DNA of 64,000 nucleotides from Macrostomum lignano (taxonomy: Eukaryota), in the NCBI GenBank assembly GCA_002269645.1, contig NIVC01002038.1, positions 62,001 to 126,000 of the forward strand, given 5' to 3'. Below are positions 37,400-49,699 of this stretch, piece by piece. Both the position numbers and the translations under genes were made by a program. Numbering within the stretch: position 1 is the first letter of the stretch; every line of letters begins with the position of its first letter. The notes below the pieces were generated by a model. That model had not been told where the DNA came from. It searched no databases and saw nothing but the letters and a program-made list of their open reading frames with translations.

Positions 37400-40300
37400 A
37401 AGCGGTATATTTTCTCAACTAGCCTGGCACAACTGCTTTCGGCTTTTCTTCCTCACTGACGTAATGGGCTGTTGGTACTGGTAGTAAATTGTCCCTATGC
37501 ATAACTAATTCCTCTTTTCTAGCCTTAGTAATTTTGTTTAATACTAAGCTCCCTATACGTAAGTCTGGTTGCTTTGGTTTGTTAGAGTAGTGTTGCTCAC
37601 GCTTACTTTGTATTAACTTAAGCCGCTGTTTGGCGAGTTCTTGCCCCTCTTGCAGGTGAGTTAAGTGCTCTTGAACATAAACAGGCAGATCGGCGAACGC
37701 CTTTGGCTGCTGGAATACGTTGCCACTCGGCATTTAGGCCTCTCTTCCAAACACAAGATAATGCGGGCTGAAACCTGTGGCTGTGTTCGTACTGGTGCGT
37801 AATGCGGTGATACAACCGGGCAGTAAAACATCCCAGTTCGCCTGTTCTTTATTGAGCAGACACGTGAGAATTGACTTAATTTGTTTATTTAAATTTTCTA
37901 CTAGCCTATTGCTTTATAGATGATAGCTCGTTGTCCTTGTGTGTCTAATCGCATAGATGTCTAGAAATTTCCTGAATGCTCTCCCTGTAAATTGAGTTCC
38001 TTGATCTGTTTAAATCCACTGAGGTATCCCGAAGTCTGTGAAAACTCGCTTCTGTAGAGTTTTGATTACCGTCTTAGCCTTTTGACTTTTTATTTCAAAC
38101 GTAAATAGAAATTTGCCAGTGCTGTCAAAAACTGACACGACGTACTTGTTACCCGATTTGATAGTCTGTTCAGACCAATCAAATCGATGTTAAGGCGTTC
38201 GACAATAGGAAATTTCTGTACTGGTGCCTTGCATCGCTTCCTTGACTTACTTTCTAAACAGGATTTGCACTTGGCGACGTTTTCGACTGCTGTAGCTAAA
38301 CCTACTCTCCAAAATCTTTCCTTAATTCGCTGATAAGTTTTGTCTCTACCTAAGTGACCTAACGGGGAATCGTGGAATTCGTGAAAGACTTCACCATCCA
38401 AAGACTTAGGCAACACCACTTTAGATTAGGTCCGCCCTAAATTTAAGTCTATTTGAGAACACCGTTTTCTATCCTGAGGAGTTCAAAGTAACCTAGCAGA
38501 TTTCTGATCCCGTGAGACATTTCTAGTTTTTCTTGAAAATTCAGTTTCGGCAAGTCAGACTCAATCATATTCCTAACATAGCTTAGTGCGGGGTCAGCTA
38601 TGAGCTGTGTCCAAATTTTCACGACGCACTGGGCTTCAAAGGTAATCACTCAGCAGTGCATTGCAAACAAGCGGGTGCCCTTTCCTTGATTCCTGTTCTT
38701 GCTTTCTACTTAGCAACCTGCTACTAAAACTCGGAGTATTGTGTCGGTTCGGCGCAATATTCAGTGGCGAACAGCATGACATAACCCCACTGTGCAGACT
38801 GCAGGTTTCGGCTTGCGCGGAATTGCCTGAGTTCACAGTAACAGCTGCAACTGGGTCTGTGTTCACAGTTGCCCTACAGCTTAGCGACCTGGCATGTGGG
38901 AATGTCTCATCCTGTTGAAGATCCGGGATCCTGGATAGAGCATCGGCATTCAAATGTTTTGGGCCACTTCTATGCTCAATCTTAAAATACAGTTCACTAA
39001 GTCTCGATCCAATGACCTAAAATGCCTGTCTGTTCGGTTTGGCGAAGCAACCAGGTTAAGGCGTTGTAATTAGTGCGCACCTTAAAATGTTTCCCTACGA
39101 GGTAAAACCTGAAGTACTTTAGCTAGTCAACAATCTCTAGAAGCTCCTTCCTCGTAATCGGATACCTAGTCTCTGACTGTCTCATATTCCGACTAAAATA
39201 CGCGATCGGTCTCTCGACTCCGTCGCTCTGCACTTGATTCAAGACCGCCCCAATTCTGACATCTGATGCATCAGTGTCTAACACAAAATAAACTTGGGGG
39301 TCTGTATTAAACTCTAGGTAAGCAAGCACTTCTTCGGAACACATCCGTTCCTTATAACAGTTTTTATTCCTTTTATCTTCTGCTCACAAGTCAGAAAGAC
39401 TTTCGAACACACCTGGCCTCTGAGCGCCCTGTTATGAGTGTGAGGCTCACATCTCCGAATCTCTCTCTGTACCGAAAATTATTCAAGACAGTGTATTTTA
39501 TAGTCAAGCAAGCAAACTGGTTTAGTTGACAAAATGAAGAGCAATGCATAGTTTGAGCGGGGCAGGGTTATCGCTCGAGCAGTTTTTCTCTGTCCCGTTG
39601 TTAGGCAACCATATCACCCCCAAAGCATTGTTGCGAGTCTACTGTGTCACGCGTTCGCAGGCTGCTGGCTTGGCCTTCGAACCTCAACTTTGTTATCTTC
39701 CCTTTAGTGTAGAGCTGGTCTGGCTGGATAGAACCGGTCGAGACGAGAGGAGGCCGTTGTTTTTTCGCTTCGATGTAAGCACAATTCCAGTGCTTACATT
39801 CCTTCAATAACTCGAAGCATTCATCATGAATCCTGGTCCATTTGTCCTGGATACATTTGATGTTCTTCTTCGTTATCTCACATTGGCGCTGCTACCTCAG
39901 CAAAATCACTAACGAATTTTCGATAGTAATTGCAGAGTCCGAGAAAACTTTGAGAAAGCTCTGTCGCAGATTTAGGTTTCGGTCAGTTCCTGATTGCTTC
40001 TAATTTTGTCGCATCTCTCTTAATTCCTGATTTGCCTATGACGTGTCCTATGTATTGTAATTCAGATTTGAAAAGGTGACATTTCTTAGCTTTTATTTTC
40101 ATATTAGTTTGGATTAGTCTTTCGAGCACTTCCTTCAGGTGTTCTAAGTGAGATTCAAAGTCTACTATGAACTATTACATCATCTAAGTAAGCTATGGCG
40201 AACTTTTGTGCAACGTCCTTGAGAACTAAGTTTATGCACCTTTGAAAAGTTCCTGGAGCTCCTTGCAAACCCATTAGTAACACTTCGTACTCAAACGAAC

Positions 40301-42800
40301 CTCGATGTAAAGTTGGAAAGATAGTCTTGCACTTATCTTCTTCCCTAAGAGCTATCTGATAATATCCCGAAAGTAGATCTAACGTAGATAATTAAGTGGC
40401 TTTGTGGAGGCACGAGAATGTTTTATTTATATTAGTTATAGGCTGCGGAAAGTACTCCGATTTGTTATTTAGTGTTCGATAGTCGTTAACTAGTCTCAGC
40501 GAACCATCTTTCTTAGGTACTATGACTAATGGAGTCGAGTACTGCGAGTAACTAGGCCTAATGATGCCTCTAGCCAACATGAGCCTCTAACTGCTCATCT
40601 ACCTCCTTGATCCGATGAGGTGGAATTTTCCTAGCTGGTATCTGAACTGGGTTGTTTTCCTTCAAGATTATCTCATGAGTGACTAAATGCGTTCTGCCTA
40701 AGTCTAACTCGTGCTGTGAGAAAGCTGTTCGTTGACGACCTCGATCACCTTCTGTCTTTGCTCCTGAGTCAGTTTATTTCCTATGTTAATGTCACTAATC
40801 CAGTCTTCTAATTTTTCTTGCACCTGTCTGATGTTTTCGCAAAACTGCGTGTCCCTATTCTGGCACGACTGCGCTGTTTCGGGTTGCTCCTTACGATAGT
40901 TTAATTCCCTGGTCAGGAGTGGCTTAGCCATCCCTACTAACGCTGATGCTGGAACTCTAGCTTCCTGTGAACTGGTGTTAATCAATTCTACATAAGCTTC
41001 TCCTTGCCTAAGAGTTACTAAACTTGGCTCTACAGTTACTTACTCTGCTCTAGTTTTTAATCCTGGTCTGAATGGCTCAAAAACTGACGGCACTGCGAAA
41101 TTAGTTTCACTCTCCGTGGCTAATCTAACCTTAACTAAACCTTAAGTTAACTGTGAACCTTAAGAGTAAGCCTTAAGTAACCTTAAGTAAGTAAACCTTA
41201 AGTAAGTAATAGTTAACCTTGACTAAACTATTAGCTGAAACTGTCGTCTTTTCTGCCACATATATTCCTTTAACTCGAGGCTTAACTCTGGTTGATCGAA
41301 GTGGAATTCTAGTTCCTTGCTTCATAGTTAGCATTCTTGCTTCAAAGTCGATAATAGTACAATATTTTTGGACAAACGTCACAGCTATTACATTGTTTAC
41401 GTCTGCGTCACATGAGAGAAACTCGATTTCTTCTTCGAAATCACCAAATATCGCCTTAATAACTACGGAACCCTTAATTAGAATTAGCTCTTCCGTGAAT
41501 GATACGATTATATTGTTCCACCGCCTAATTAAGTGACTATTCTTGCCAGTGAAAAGATGCTTCCAGTTTTCGCGTCCTAGAATGTTCCTATTGCTTCCAG
41601 TGTCTAATAAGTAAACTACCTGGTACCTCCTTATTTAGAATGCTTCCAGTAATATACGGATCGTAATTTTGTTTTTTAGTTGATTCACTCAATTTTGTGG
41701 TTTCATTTGCTGCTTACTAGAACAAGTTTGCTGCTGTGGTGCGTGTGAAAAGTGCTAAGAATAAGTTATTGGCTGATTAAATGATTGATTAAATAGTTGC
41801 GCATGCATACTGTTATACACTGAAGAATTCAATTCACTATTTACAGAAAAACTATTGCTGCTATTTCGCTGCTGCCTTGGCCTTGTTGCTGGCCTTGGTA
41901 CGGCTTCTGCTTAGCCTTCTGCTTAGCACTCTACTGGTGTCGGAGCAACTCCTGAAGCACCCTCTGTTGGCTCTAGCGCCTCACCTTGCTTTCGGACTAA
42001 CTCTTTCATGCTGTTCTCAGCCTCATCTCCCCCAGTTGCCTTGCACTGAGCTGGATCTCTTCCTCGGCGAGACATGGCATACGCTATTTTGATACGTTGC
42101 AAGACTCGACGTGTTTCTTGGAGTGTGTTCGCCTGTGCTAGCAGTAGCTTCTCCCAGTTAGATGGGGAAACGCCCTATAGGCTAGCTCTGTCAGCTTCTC
42201 CGCGTAGTCTTCAGAGCTTTCTGTCTTAGATTGGTATCTGCTACAGAACTCTTCCCTAGCTTATTGGGCACTACCCGCATGCGTAAATCGTTCGATTAGC
42301 CTATCCTTAAATTCTACATATGGAAGATTAGGGTCTAAATTTAGCCTTGTCACAATAGCAAACGCTGACTGGACATCTAGGTTAGAGAGCAGTTCATTCT
42401 TTCAATCAACTGCCGCTATCTCATCTGCGATACACCTTTGCTTAAAAGCCTGAATCCACACGTCTATATCTTCGTATTTCCTATTCCTTCGTAGTTCCTA
42501 TTATAATAAGTTTCGGTAGACTCCGTCCCTTATTTCAGACCAAATGGCAGACTCCCTTTAGTCTCCCTATGTTACCCTAATTACCATATTTCCTAGATTC
42601 CCTGAGAGAGAATTAAACTTCGTTTATACAAGGAAAGACATCCTTTATAATAACTGTGGTCTTTGAAACTTTGTCTCTGAAAACGGGTCCTAACGGAAAA
42701 TCCCAAACGGATGCTTTTCCCGACGCTCAATAGCTCTATACTAATAGGCAAACCCACTTCAGCGCGATTTCCCATCGCTTCTATTACTTTCCCGAGGTTG
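37400..42800 (-). mobile_element. Heavily mutated, near full-length Ty3/Gypsy internal region (gag-PR-RT-RH-IN)
   Basis: PR LLDTGS (~41600). RT PLVIVPKKDG, DYRTLN, DLLSGYYQI and YLDD (~40180). RH DTDASD..IGAVL and NADALSR. IN H..LGHLGRDKT..C..C, IDLIG and TSYH..SN.LVE. Many stops and frameshifts. Confidence 0.92.
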
Positions 42801-43334
42801 ATCTACTATTTGCAGTGTAAAAGCAAAAACTGCTTATTCTTAATTTCGACCTTTTAAATAATTTCTTTTGGACGAATGATAATCTAGCTGGCAAACGCCT
42901 TATAAAAAGATAAGCAAAACTGCTTTGGAATAACCCCCTACTACAGAAAGAATCTCGAGTGACTCAAAACAATGCTTAGTGATACTGGAATGAGTGCAAC
43001 CTTACAGGCTAAATTTACGGGCCACCTTGTCATAAAATGCGAGCGTATGTGCAACAATCGCGGAAACAGACTTTGATAAAAGTTTTCCCACGAGTCGCTT
43101 AAAAAAACAGAAACTAGAAGCGAAAAATAAACTTTTTGCTTTTAAAAATTGCTTTAGTTTTAGCTCGAAGTCATCAAATATATTCAAAAGCATCAATAGT
43201 AAAGTGTTAAAACGCTGATGCATATAATTATTTGAGTCACAGAGTAGAGCCTTTTTTAGTTTTAGCAGTAGTGCTTAATAAGCCGTTATTAAAATATTCT
43301 GAGAAGCAAATAATAACTTAATTTGTCTTCATAG

Positions 43335-43466
43335 AAACAGCGATCAGCCTTTATTCGCGATGACCAATTCTTCCGTGCATTGACGGTGTGTTTGGAAGAT
43401 CATGAAGTGTCTCATGAAGTGGCTTATCACAAGGAGCCTGCCTTAGACCCAGATAATGAACGTGAA
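43335..43466 (+). other. Candidate orphan coding exon (132 bp, phase 0-0)
   Basis: TTTGTCTTCATAG| KQRSAFIRDDQFFRALTVCLEDHEVSHEVAYHKEPALDPDNERE |GTACTG. No partner exons identified. Confidence 0.35.
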
Positions 43467-43558
43467 GTACTGACTGTTAGCTTCCTGATTAAGTTTCAGG
43501 CACTTAAGATCCACCTTAAGTTCCGGCGCGTTTTCTCTCGGAAGCTTTTCAGTCGTAA

Positions 43559-43971
43559 TGTAGTGCTGCGTTACGTAATGCTGTGCTGCAACCAGTGCCT
43601 TTGAGTCTCAGCCTTCGGTGATGTGAGGGTCCCGTCGGAACGAGTGAGATTAGCACTTCGTGCAGATTTTGCAGTCAAGCAGTGTGACTGGCTCACATGA
43701 TATAAGGGAATGAGCGCACTAGTGAAGAAAATAGTAACCTTGGAACCGGAAAACAGTCCTGCCACTAGTGAACCACTAGTGACCACCACAGAGCGCGAAC
43801 CAAGAACAAGCGTAACCAAGCCGCCAGGCACTGTAAACAGGAGCACAAAGGGAGCGGGAGGGAACAGAGCAGAAAAGGGAGGGGGAGTGGCAGACGAGAG
43901 CTCAGAGTGAGGGCGAGGAAAACTGCTGACAGAAGGGAGATGCTTAACAGCTAAAATAGCGTCTCACTATA
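43559..43971. mobile_element. LTR-like segment
   Basis: Near-inverted ends TGTAGTG...CACTATA with a purine-rich interior. No TSD or PBS seen. Confidence 0.35.
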
Positions 43972-44087
43972 GACGAATTATCTATGAATCCTTGAAATCT
44001 CCCATGCATTTCCATGATTATCCATGATGAGTTTACACCCATGATCATTTATACGAATCATTTATACATATTAATGCTAATCCACCC

Positions 44088-45818
44088 ATGACCATCCATA
44101 CTACTTACGTTCGATTACTTTTTACTAGGAGTTATCTCAGTGATGGCTACCATGACTATCTTTGTAAAGTATTAGATGCTATAACCTGCTCTGCCGACCG
44201 CCGCCGAATTGCGTCCAAAGGTGCACTCGCCGCCGTGGCAACGCAGGAGGGTCATCCGGTAATATACGTCTCCCGTACCCTTTCGGCCGCTGAAAGCAAC
44301 TATTCAAACATCGAACGCGAAGCACTTGCAATCTTCTGGGCCGTCTCCCGACTCAAGCATTTCCTACACGGTCGCAAGTTCGTGATTCAGACAGATCATC
44401 AGCCGCTACTGCGCCTCTATGGAAGCGGGATTCCGCTAAATACGTCAGCGAGGATTGGCCGCTGGGCCATGTACTTAATGCAGTTCGACTTTGACATCCG
44501 GTACGCGCGAGGGAGCAGCATTCCCCATGCTGACGCAATTTCTAGACTGCGCTTTGACGACTGCACCTCGGACGACGAGGAGACGTTTGAAGCTATTAAT
44601 GCTGTGGCTTTTGAGGCACCGGTGATTGACGCAGATAGGGTTGCAGCCGAACTGAGTACTGACGCGTTCGCTCAACGCATCTTGGAGCGTGTACGCTCCG
44701 GCAATTGGAGGAGTTTCAGTCAGGCAGAGGCATCCTTCAAGAAGGTTGCGGAGACACTAACGCTGGAGAACGGGCTTCTCTATATGCAGAGACGCGTGTT
44801 TATACCACCGCGGCTGCGCAAGGCAGCGTTTGAGGCCGTTCATGACACCCATTCAGGTGCACAAGCTTCGTACAACCTGCTCTCAGCGTCCTGCTGGTGG
44901 CCTGGCATGCAGCAGGATGTAACCCAGTTTTTCCAGCGCTGCCCAGGCTGTTGCCACTTGCGACCTCGCTTGGGAAATGACAGAGACCACTGGCCGGCAG
45001 CTTCGTACCCGTTTCAACGTATCCATATGGAATGGGCCTATGTGAAGGACGCCGGTAACATTCTAGTCATCGTTGACACATTTTCTGGCTGGATAGAGGC
45101 ATTCCCTTGTCGGAATAGAACTGGCGAATCAGTTATGCAGTGTTTGCGCGCAGTGTTCGCACGCTTTGGAGTGGCCGAGCTGGTAGTGTCCGATAATGCA
45201 CCAGAGTTCATCGGTGATCCCCTCTACTCTTGGCTACGGGCCAATGGTGTCCATAAACTTGAATCGCCAGCTTATTATCCACAGGCAAACGGAGCGGCCG
45301 AACGCGCTGTACAGACCGTCAAAGCTGCACTGCGCGCGTGGTCAGAGAGAATTACGCACATGGAATTCAGCCATTTTCTGCAGAAAGTGCTGCTCCACCA
45401 TCGGAACTCAGCATCGTCGCGGGGGCAATGCCCGGCCGAGATACTGTTCGGCAAAAAGATCAGAGTAGCGGTGGTGACGCACTTTGAGCAAGGTGACGGC
45501 GTCATGTATCGGCCTACCGCCTCCGCAAGCACCAACTCAGCCACATTTCTAATGACGTCAGGGCGCAACACCGCATGGATTCTGGCTAAAAATGGATTGC
45601 ACCTGGCCAGTACAAACCAACTGGCGCCCGCGGCCGATCCATTCGCCACCGACGAGGAGGATAGCTATGAAACCGATGCTCCAGTTCCGAACGTCGACGA
45701 GGACTCAAGAGACGAAGACCCTGCTACGGTACAGGAGGGTCCAAGCCAGGAGCATGGGGCTGCGTTGCCCCGCCGTAGCACCCGTGCATGCCGCGCGCCT
45801 GATCGCTTCTCACCATGA
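44088..45818 (+). CDS. Open 576-codon frame: 5'-truncated Gypsy pol (RNase H + integrase); the first ~40 codons are flanking DNA
   Basis: SRTLSAAESNYSNIEREALAI, TDHQPL, HADAISRL, H..HSG...WWPGM..C..C, SDNAPEF and PQANGAAER. The first integrase Asp appears as Glu (RIHMEW). Confidence 0.9.
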   Translation: MTIHTTYVRLLFTRSYLSDGYHDYLCKVLDAITCSADRRRIASKGALAAVATQEGHPVIYVSRTLSAAESNYSNIEREALAIFWAVSRLKHFLHGRKFVIQTDHQPLLRLYGSGIPLNTSARIGRWAMYLMQFDFDIRYARGSSIPHADAISRLRFDDCTSDDEETFEAINAVAFEAPVIDADRVAAELSTDAFAQRILERVRSGNWRSFSQAEASFKKVAETLTLENGLLYMQRRVFIPPRLRKAAFEAVHDTHSGAQASYNLLSASCWWPGMQQDVTQFFQRCPGCCHLRPRLGNDRDHWPAASYPFQRIHMEWAYVKDAGNILVIVDTFSGWIEAFPCRNRTGESVMQCLRAVFARFGVAELVVSDNAPEFIGDPLYSWLRANGVHKLESPAYYPQANGAAERAVQTVKAALRAWSERITHMEFSHFLQKVLLHHRNSASSRGQCPAEILFGKKIRVAVVTHFEQGDGVMYRPTASASTNSATFLMTSGRNTAWILAKNGLHLASTNQLAPAADPFATDEEDSYETDAPVPNVDEDSRDEDPATVQEGPSQEHGAALPRRSTRACRAPDRFSP

Positions 45819-46364
45819 TTGACTCACTGACAATTCTTCAGATAACAAAAACTGCTCTACTTAATCATATACCTAACATGACGCTCTGGCATAGTCGTTT
45901 CCCACATATGATAGTTTGAATAGTTCTTTCTATGATTGTTGCTCTTGTTGTTGAATATCGGCCCCACGCCCTTCGTTCCGTAAGGGGGACATGTTGTGCA
46001 TCAGAGCTCAGCCTATAGCTTTAGTGCATTATTGTTTTTCTGTCTATGTGACTTAAGCTCGCTCAACTTTCGTTTTGTTGCTGTTTAGTTAGTCTATGGC
46101 AGTATACTCTTTCTTTCGCAGAGCTCCTCTCGGTTTCAGCCCTTCTCCCCCTCAAGACCCCGCCTAGAGCTATGCGTTCAAGATTCCTGATTATACCATC
46201 AAATATAAACGATAACCTTGCACCGCTCGTCATCTTAATCTCGACACACATCACTACTTACGTTCGATTACTTTTTACTAGGAGTTATCTCCGTGATGGC
46301 TACCATGACTATCTTTGTAAAGTATTAGATGCTATAACCTGCTCTGCCGACCGCCGCCGAATTG
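44100..46364. repeat. 112-bp direct repeats (44100-44211 and 46253-46364) flanking the truncated Gypsy
   Basis: Identical except one base (A44139/C46292). Confidence 0.95.
45992..46250 (+). mobile_element. 3' LTR (259 bp) of the truncated Gypsy
   Basis: PPT AAGGGGGACA (45982-45991) is followed by TGTTG...ACACA. Confidence 0.75.
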
Positions 46365-46560
46365 GTGTGTGTTTTACTGCGATTCGATGTCGAGCCTTTT
46401 CCGGGCTAATGTATGTCGATTTTCTATATTTAGAATTTTGCTACTTCTTCGGCTACTTAAGAGACCTAAAATATGTTATAAAAATGGCATTTTTGTACTA
46501 CAAAACATTAAACAGAATATACCCTACTCTCCTCGCATGGATAAATCATAGATGAAGCAT

Positions 46561-48700
46561 CTATGATGCCGTGTGTGGATCATACCTGGGTGCATACCTG
46601 GAGCGTTTATTGACTACTGGTTCAACTGGAATTGCTTGTTCTATCATATTCTCGGAATTACTCATTGAGCAAAAGAGAGAACCCTCTCCCGAACTGTGGT
46701 CTTTCTTCCGAATGGGTTCATATTTTTCATCATCGGCAGTTGCATTATTAGTCTCTGTTTGAGTCGAGACATCTGCTTCGCTACTGGAAAGAGCTGTCTC
46801 TTCTTCGTCGCTGTTGGACAGAGGAGCTTCATCTTCATTCTTCAGCTTTATCTGCGTCGCTACTGGACTGAGCAACTTTATCGACGTCGCTGCTGGTTGG
46901 AGCAGCCGAAAGGCTTCGTAGAAAATATTTCTCTTAGCCTTGCAGATGGGTGTGGCTTAGCTTAATGTACTCAGACAAAGCCGCCTTGCAAAATGTGATT
47001 TTTGAGTAGTCCTAGACAACGCTTAGTAGCACTTTCAGAGAACATGTCCGGTAGCAAACTTCAGGTAACGGCATCTTGAATTCGTGATCGAGGATTTCTA
47101 ACATATCATAGAGGATTCTCTTGCTGATTAATGGTAAAATATATGATTCAAAGCTGTTAGTAAGTATTATTATTGCCTGTTCTGGACAGGTAAAAGGGCT
47201 TTGGATTTTCGGCTGGCACACTAAGCACAAACTCTGCGACAGTATTCGTAGTATCAACACGAATGCTTTCGATGCGTTGCCAAAACGGCGATAACCGCAT
47301 CAGTTTTTTGTCCCCAGATTTTTATGCTGGGTATAACGTCAGGGCATCTTTCACCTTCGGAGAACGTCAACTCTTCAAAGCCAATTCGTCGCAGCGTTTT
47401 TTGTAGGAAATCACGAGAAGAGGTGTCAGCAAGCCTTAACCCTCGAACGTTGGGGAAAACAATTGTCGGTTTATTATATTTGGGGTCCAATGGACCCCTC
47501 TGAGTTGATGCATGTTAACAATGCTTTATTGATTATTTATATTGTTCAAAGCAAAAAACTACCAATACAATGGCGAACGTAATACATTAGCCGCATATTA
47601 TCTCAAGAACATAGCAACTGATTCAGGTACTTTCTAAATGAAATTATGCAATGAAGTTGAGAGTACTGATTAGTATTTGCTAATTACTAATTATTGTAAC
47701 TGCAGTGTAACTACATGTATAATGAAAAATGTCTTGCAATTCTACGAATATATTGGAACACGAAGGATAAAGCAGAATTTGTCAGTAAATAGCACCCGAA
47801 AAGAAATCTCACTCTGCAGGCTCCCCCATGCATTCGAGGCAGACTGACTGCAGGTGCCCCGAGCAACAGTACCGTTGGCAGGTAGCTCTTACGACCATCG
47901 GTCTAGAAGAAGCCATTTTGCGAATTTTCGCAAATACTTGCTGAGTAAATGCTTGGTATAGTAGTTTTCTCTATGAATCAGCTGGAAAATCTTTTGTTTT
48001 AGAATAGCTATTTTCACAAGATTAGGGCAAGAGGGTGCGGTGCTCCTTATATACCCATCAGCTATATATAGAGTATTCTAGAAATAGAAAATATTAGAAA
48101 GTTTAGAAAATATTGAACCGCCCCAACCGACCTTATGTGTTTCAACTATATAAATATAGAACATTAGTTACGGGGTCCACTGGACCCCAAGAACCCCCAA
48201 TATAATAAGTTCACTTGGTGAACTGGGCTTATATAAAATAAGAACAACGATGCTTATATGGTTGAATACCTTCAAAAATAATAATTCTCCTAGCATCTGG
48301 TTGTTTTAACATAATATTTAGTATGATTTTATTCTAACTAAAGATACCGTTGGGGTCCAATGGGCCCCAAAATCTTTCGAGGGTTAAGGCAGAAAAATGA
48401 GTAGTTTCGATTTTCTGACGATTAATCATTAAAAATAGCGGGAATTAATTGCTCCAACCTTCAAAAACTCAAAGGACGATAGCTCCACTCCATTGCAGCA
48501 AAGTACAAAGTAAAGCGCCGTTTTCGTCCCGTCAGAGCATTGATGGCAGACCAGGCCACGCGCCCTCTGGCATCGGGCCCAGCAGCAGAGACGGCCTGAA
48601 TGGCGCTTGAGATAGATAGCCGCCAGTACATTCTCTGCTCAGACTCTCTATCTAATTTGATCGATATCCGGGGCCAAGTGCTTTTAGTCCCTATTTGAGA
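46561..48700 (-). pseudogene. Older Gypsy integrase remnant split by a piggyBac MITE
   Basis: MYWRLSISSAIQAV.., SSRDFLQKTLRRIGFEEL, TTNTVAEFVL and a tail ending RSRYAPRYDP. Confidence 0.55.
47440..48383. mobile_element. Non-autonomous piggyBac element (944 bp)
   Basis: TTAA|CCCTCGAA...TTCGAGGG|TTAA, with subterminal palindromes GGGGTCCA(A/C)TGG(A/G)CCCC at ~47483, ~48172 and ~48352. Confidence 0.92.
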
Positions 48701-48950
48701 TTACTTTAGTGGGTTGGAGCAGGAACTAATAAAAATTAGCACCACTGGACTGGAAGCTCCCCTCACGCATTTACTTTAGTGTTGGCTTATCTTATCGTAT
48801 AGTATTATACGATATGACAAATAGTTAGGCCCTAAACAAACCTATTTTGGAGCGTTCGGAGATTTTAAAGCTATTGGCCCTATTTGTCTATCGCCAGTCG
48901 GCGAGTCCTACCAGTCTTTCTCCAATAGCCGCAGGTACAGTACAAGAAAA

Positions 48951-49029
48951 AGAAGAACACGATCCGAATAGAAGAACACGATCCGAATAGAAGAACACGA
49001 TCCGAATAGAAGAACACGATCCGAATAGA
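48951..49029. repeat. Perfect 19-bp tandem repeat x4 (AGAAGAACACGATCCGAAT)
   Basis: Read directly from the sequence. Confidence 0.97.
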
Positions 49030-49699
49030 TGTAGAGAGAGGCCATTACGACAGTCTTAAATACCAACGGCATACGAAGGCGATTCGTTCGGAGACATTAC
49101 TGCTCCTAGTATAACTATTTAAACTTTATGATGAGATTATATGAAAATGGAAAAATATTGAATCAAGGTCAGGCTCTGAACAAACTTGTTTAAGAATAGT
49201 TACGTGATCCAGAGGGAGGGAGGTGGAAGACTCCTCGGCTGTAAAAGTTTTAAATCGAAAACACGAATAGCACGAATACAGACTGGCTTATTGCTGTCCG
49301 TGAATGATGGCACCGATTCCATCCACAACCTTCACAGTTACGACCTTCTCCATCTGTGACGGCTAAAGCTACACAGAAGACAAGGTCACTCAGCGCAAGG
49401 CCACTTGAAGATCCAACTCTTGCAGTTATGGACCACAGCTGGCGATCAGACGGGAGGCATATGGCGTCCTGCTAAAGCATGGTATTATATTTTAGCAGTA
49501 TTAAATAAACGAGGCGTAAAGGCGGTGGTTCATGAATATATATTTGAGAACAAGATAGCTTGGGCAGAAGGAAGCAACCGTTTGATTGCGAATGTCTTAT
49601 ATTTATAGTTTTTGCTATGGAACATTTCGGAGGAAAGATAAGTCTAAAGAGTACGCGCGTGAATTCAAATTACTATATTTAAATTCAACCAACATTTTT

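Noticed and set aside
39400-39800. Possible LINE 3' fragment inserted between Gypsy RT and RNase H
   Set aside because: The segment is foreign to the pol frame, but the motif match is too weak to name.
43559-43971. This LTR-like segment as the 5' LTR of the 37-43 kb Gypsy
   Set aside because: No PBS follows it on the minus strand, and no matching 3' LTR was found near 37 kb.
48951-49029. 19-bp repeat as CRISPR or functional array
   Set aside because: Four contiguous identical units with no spacers; most simply recent slippage.
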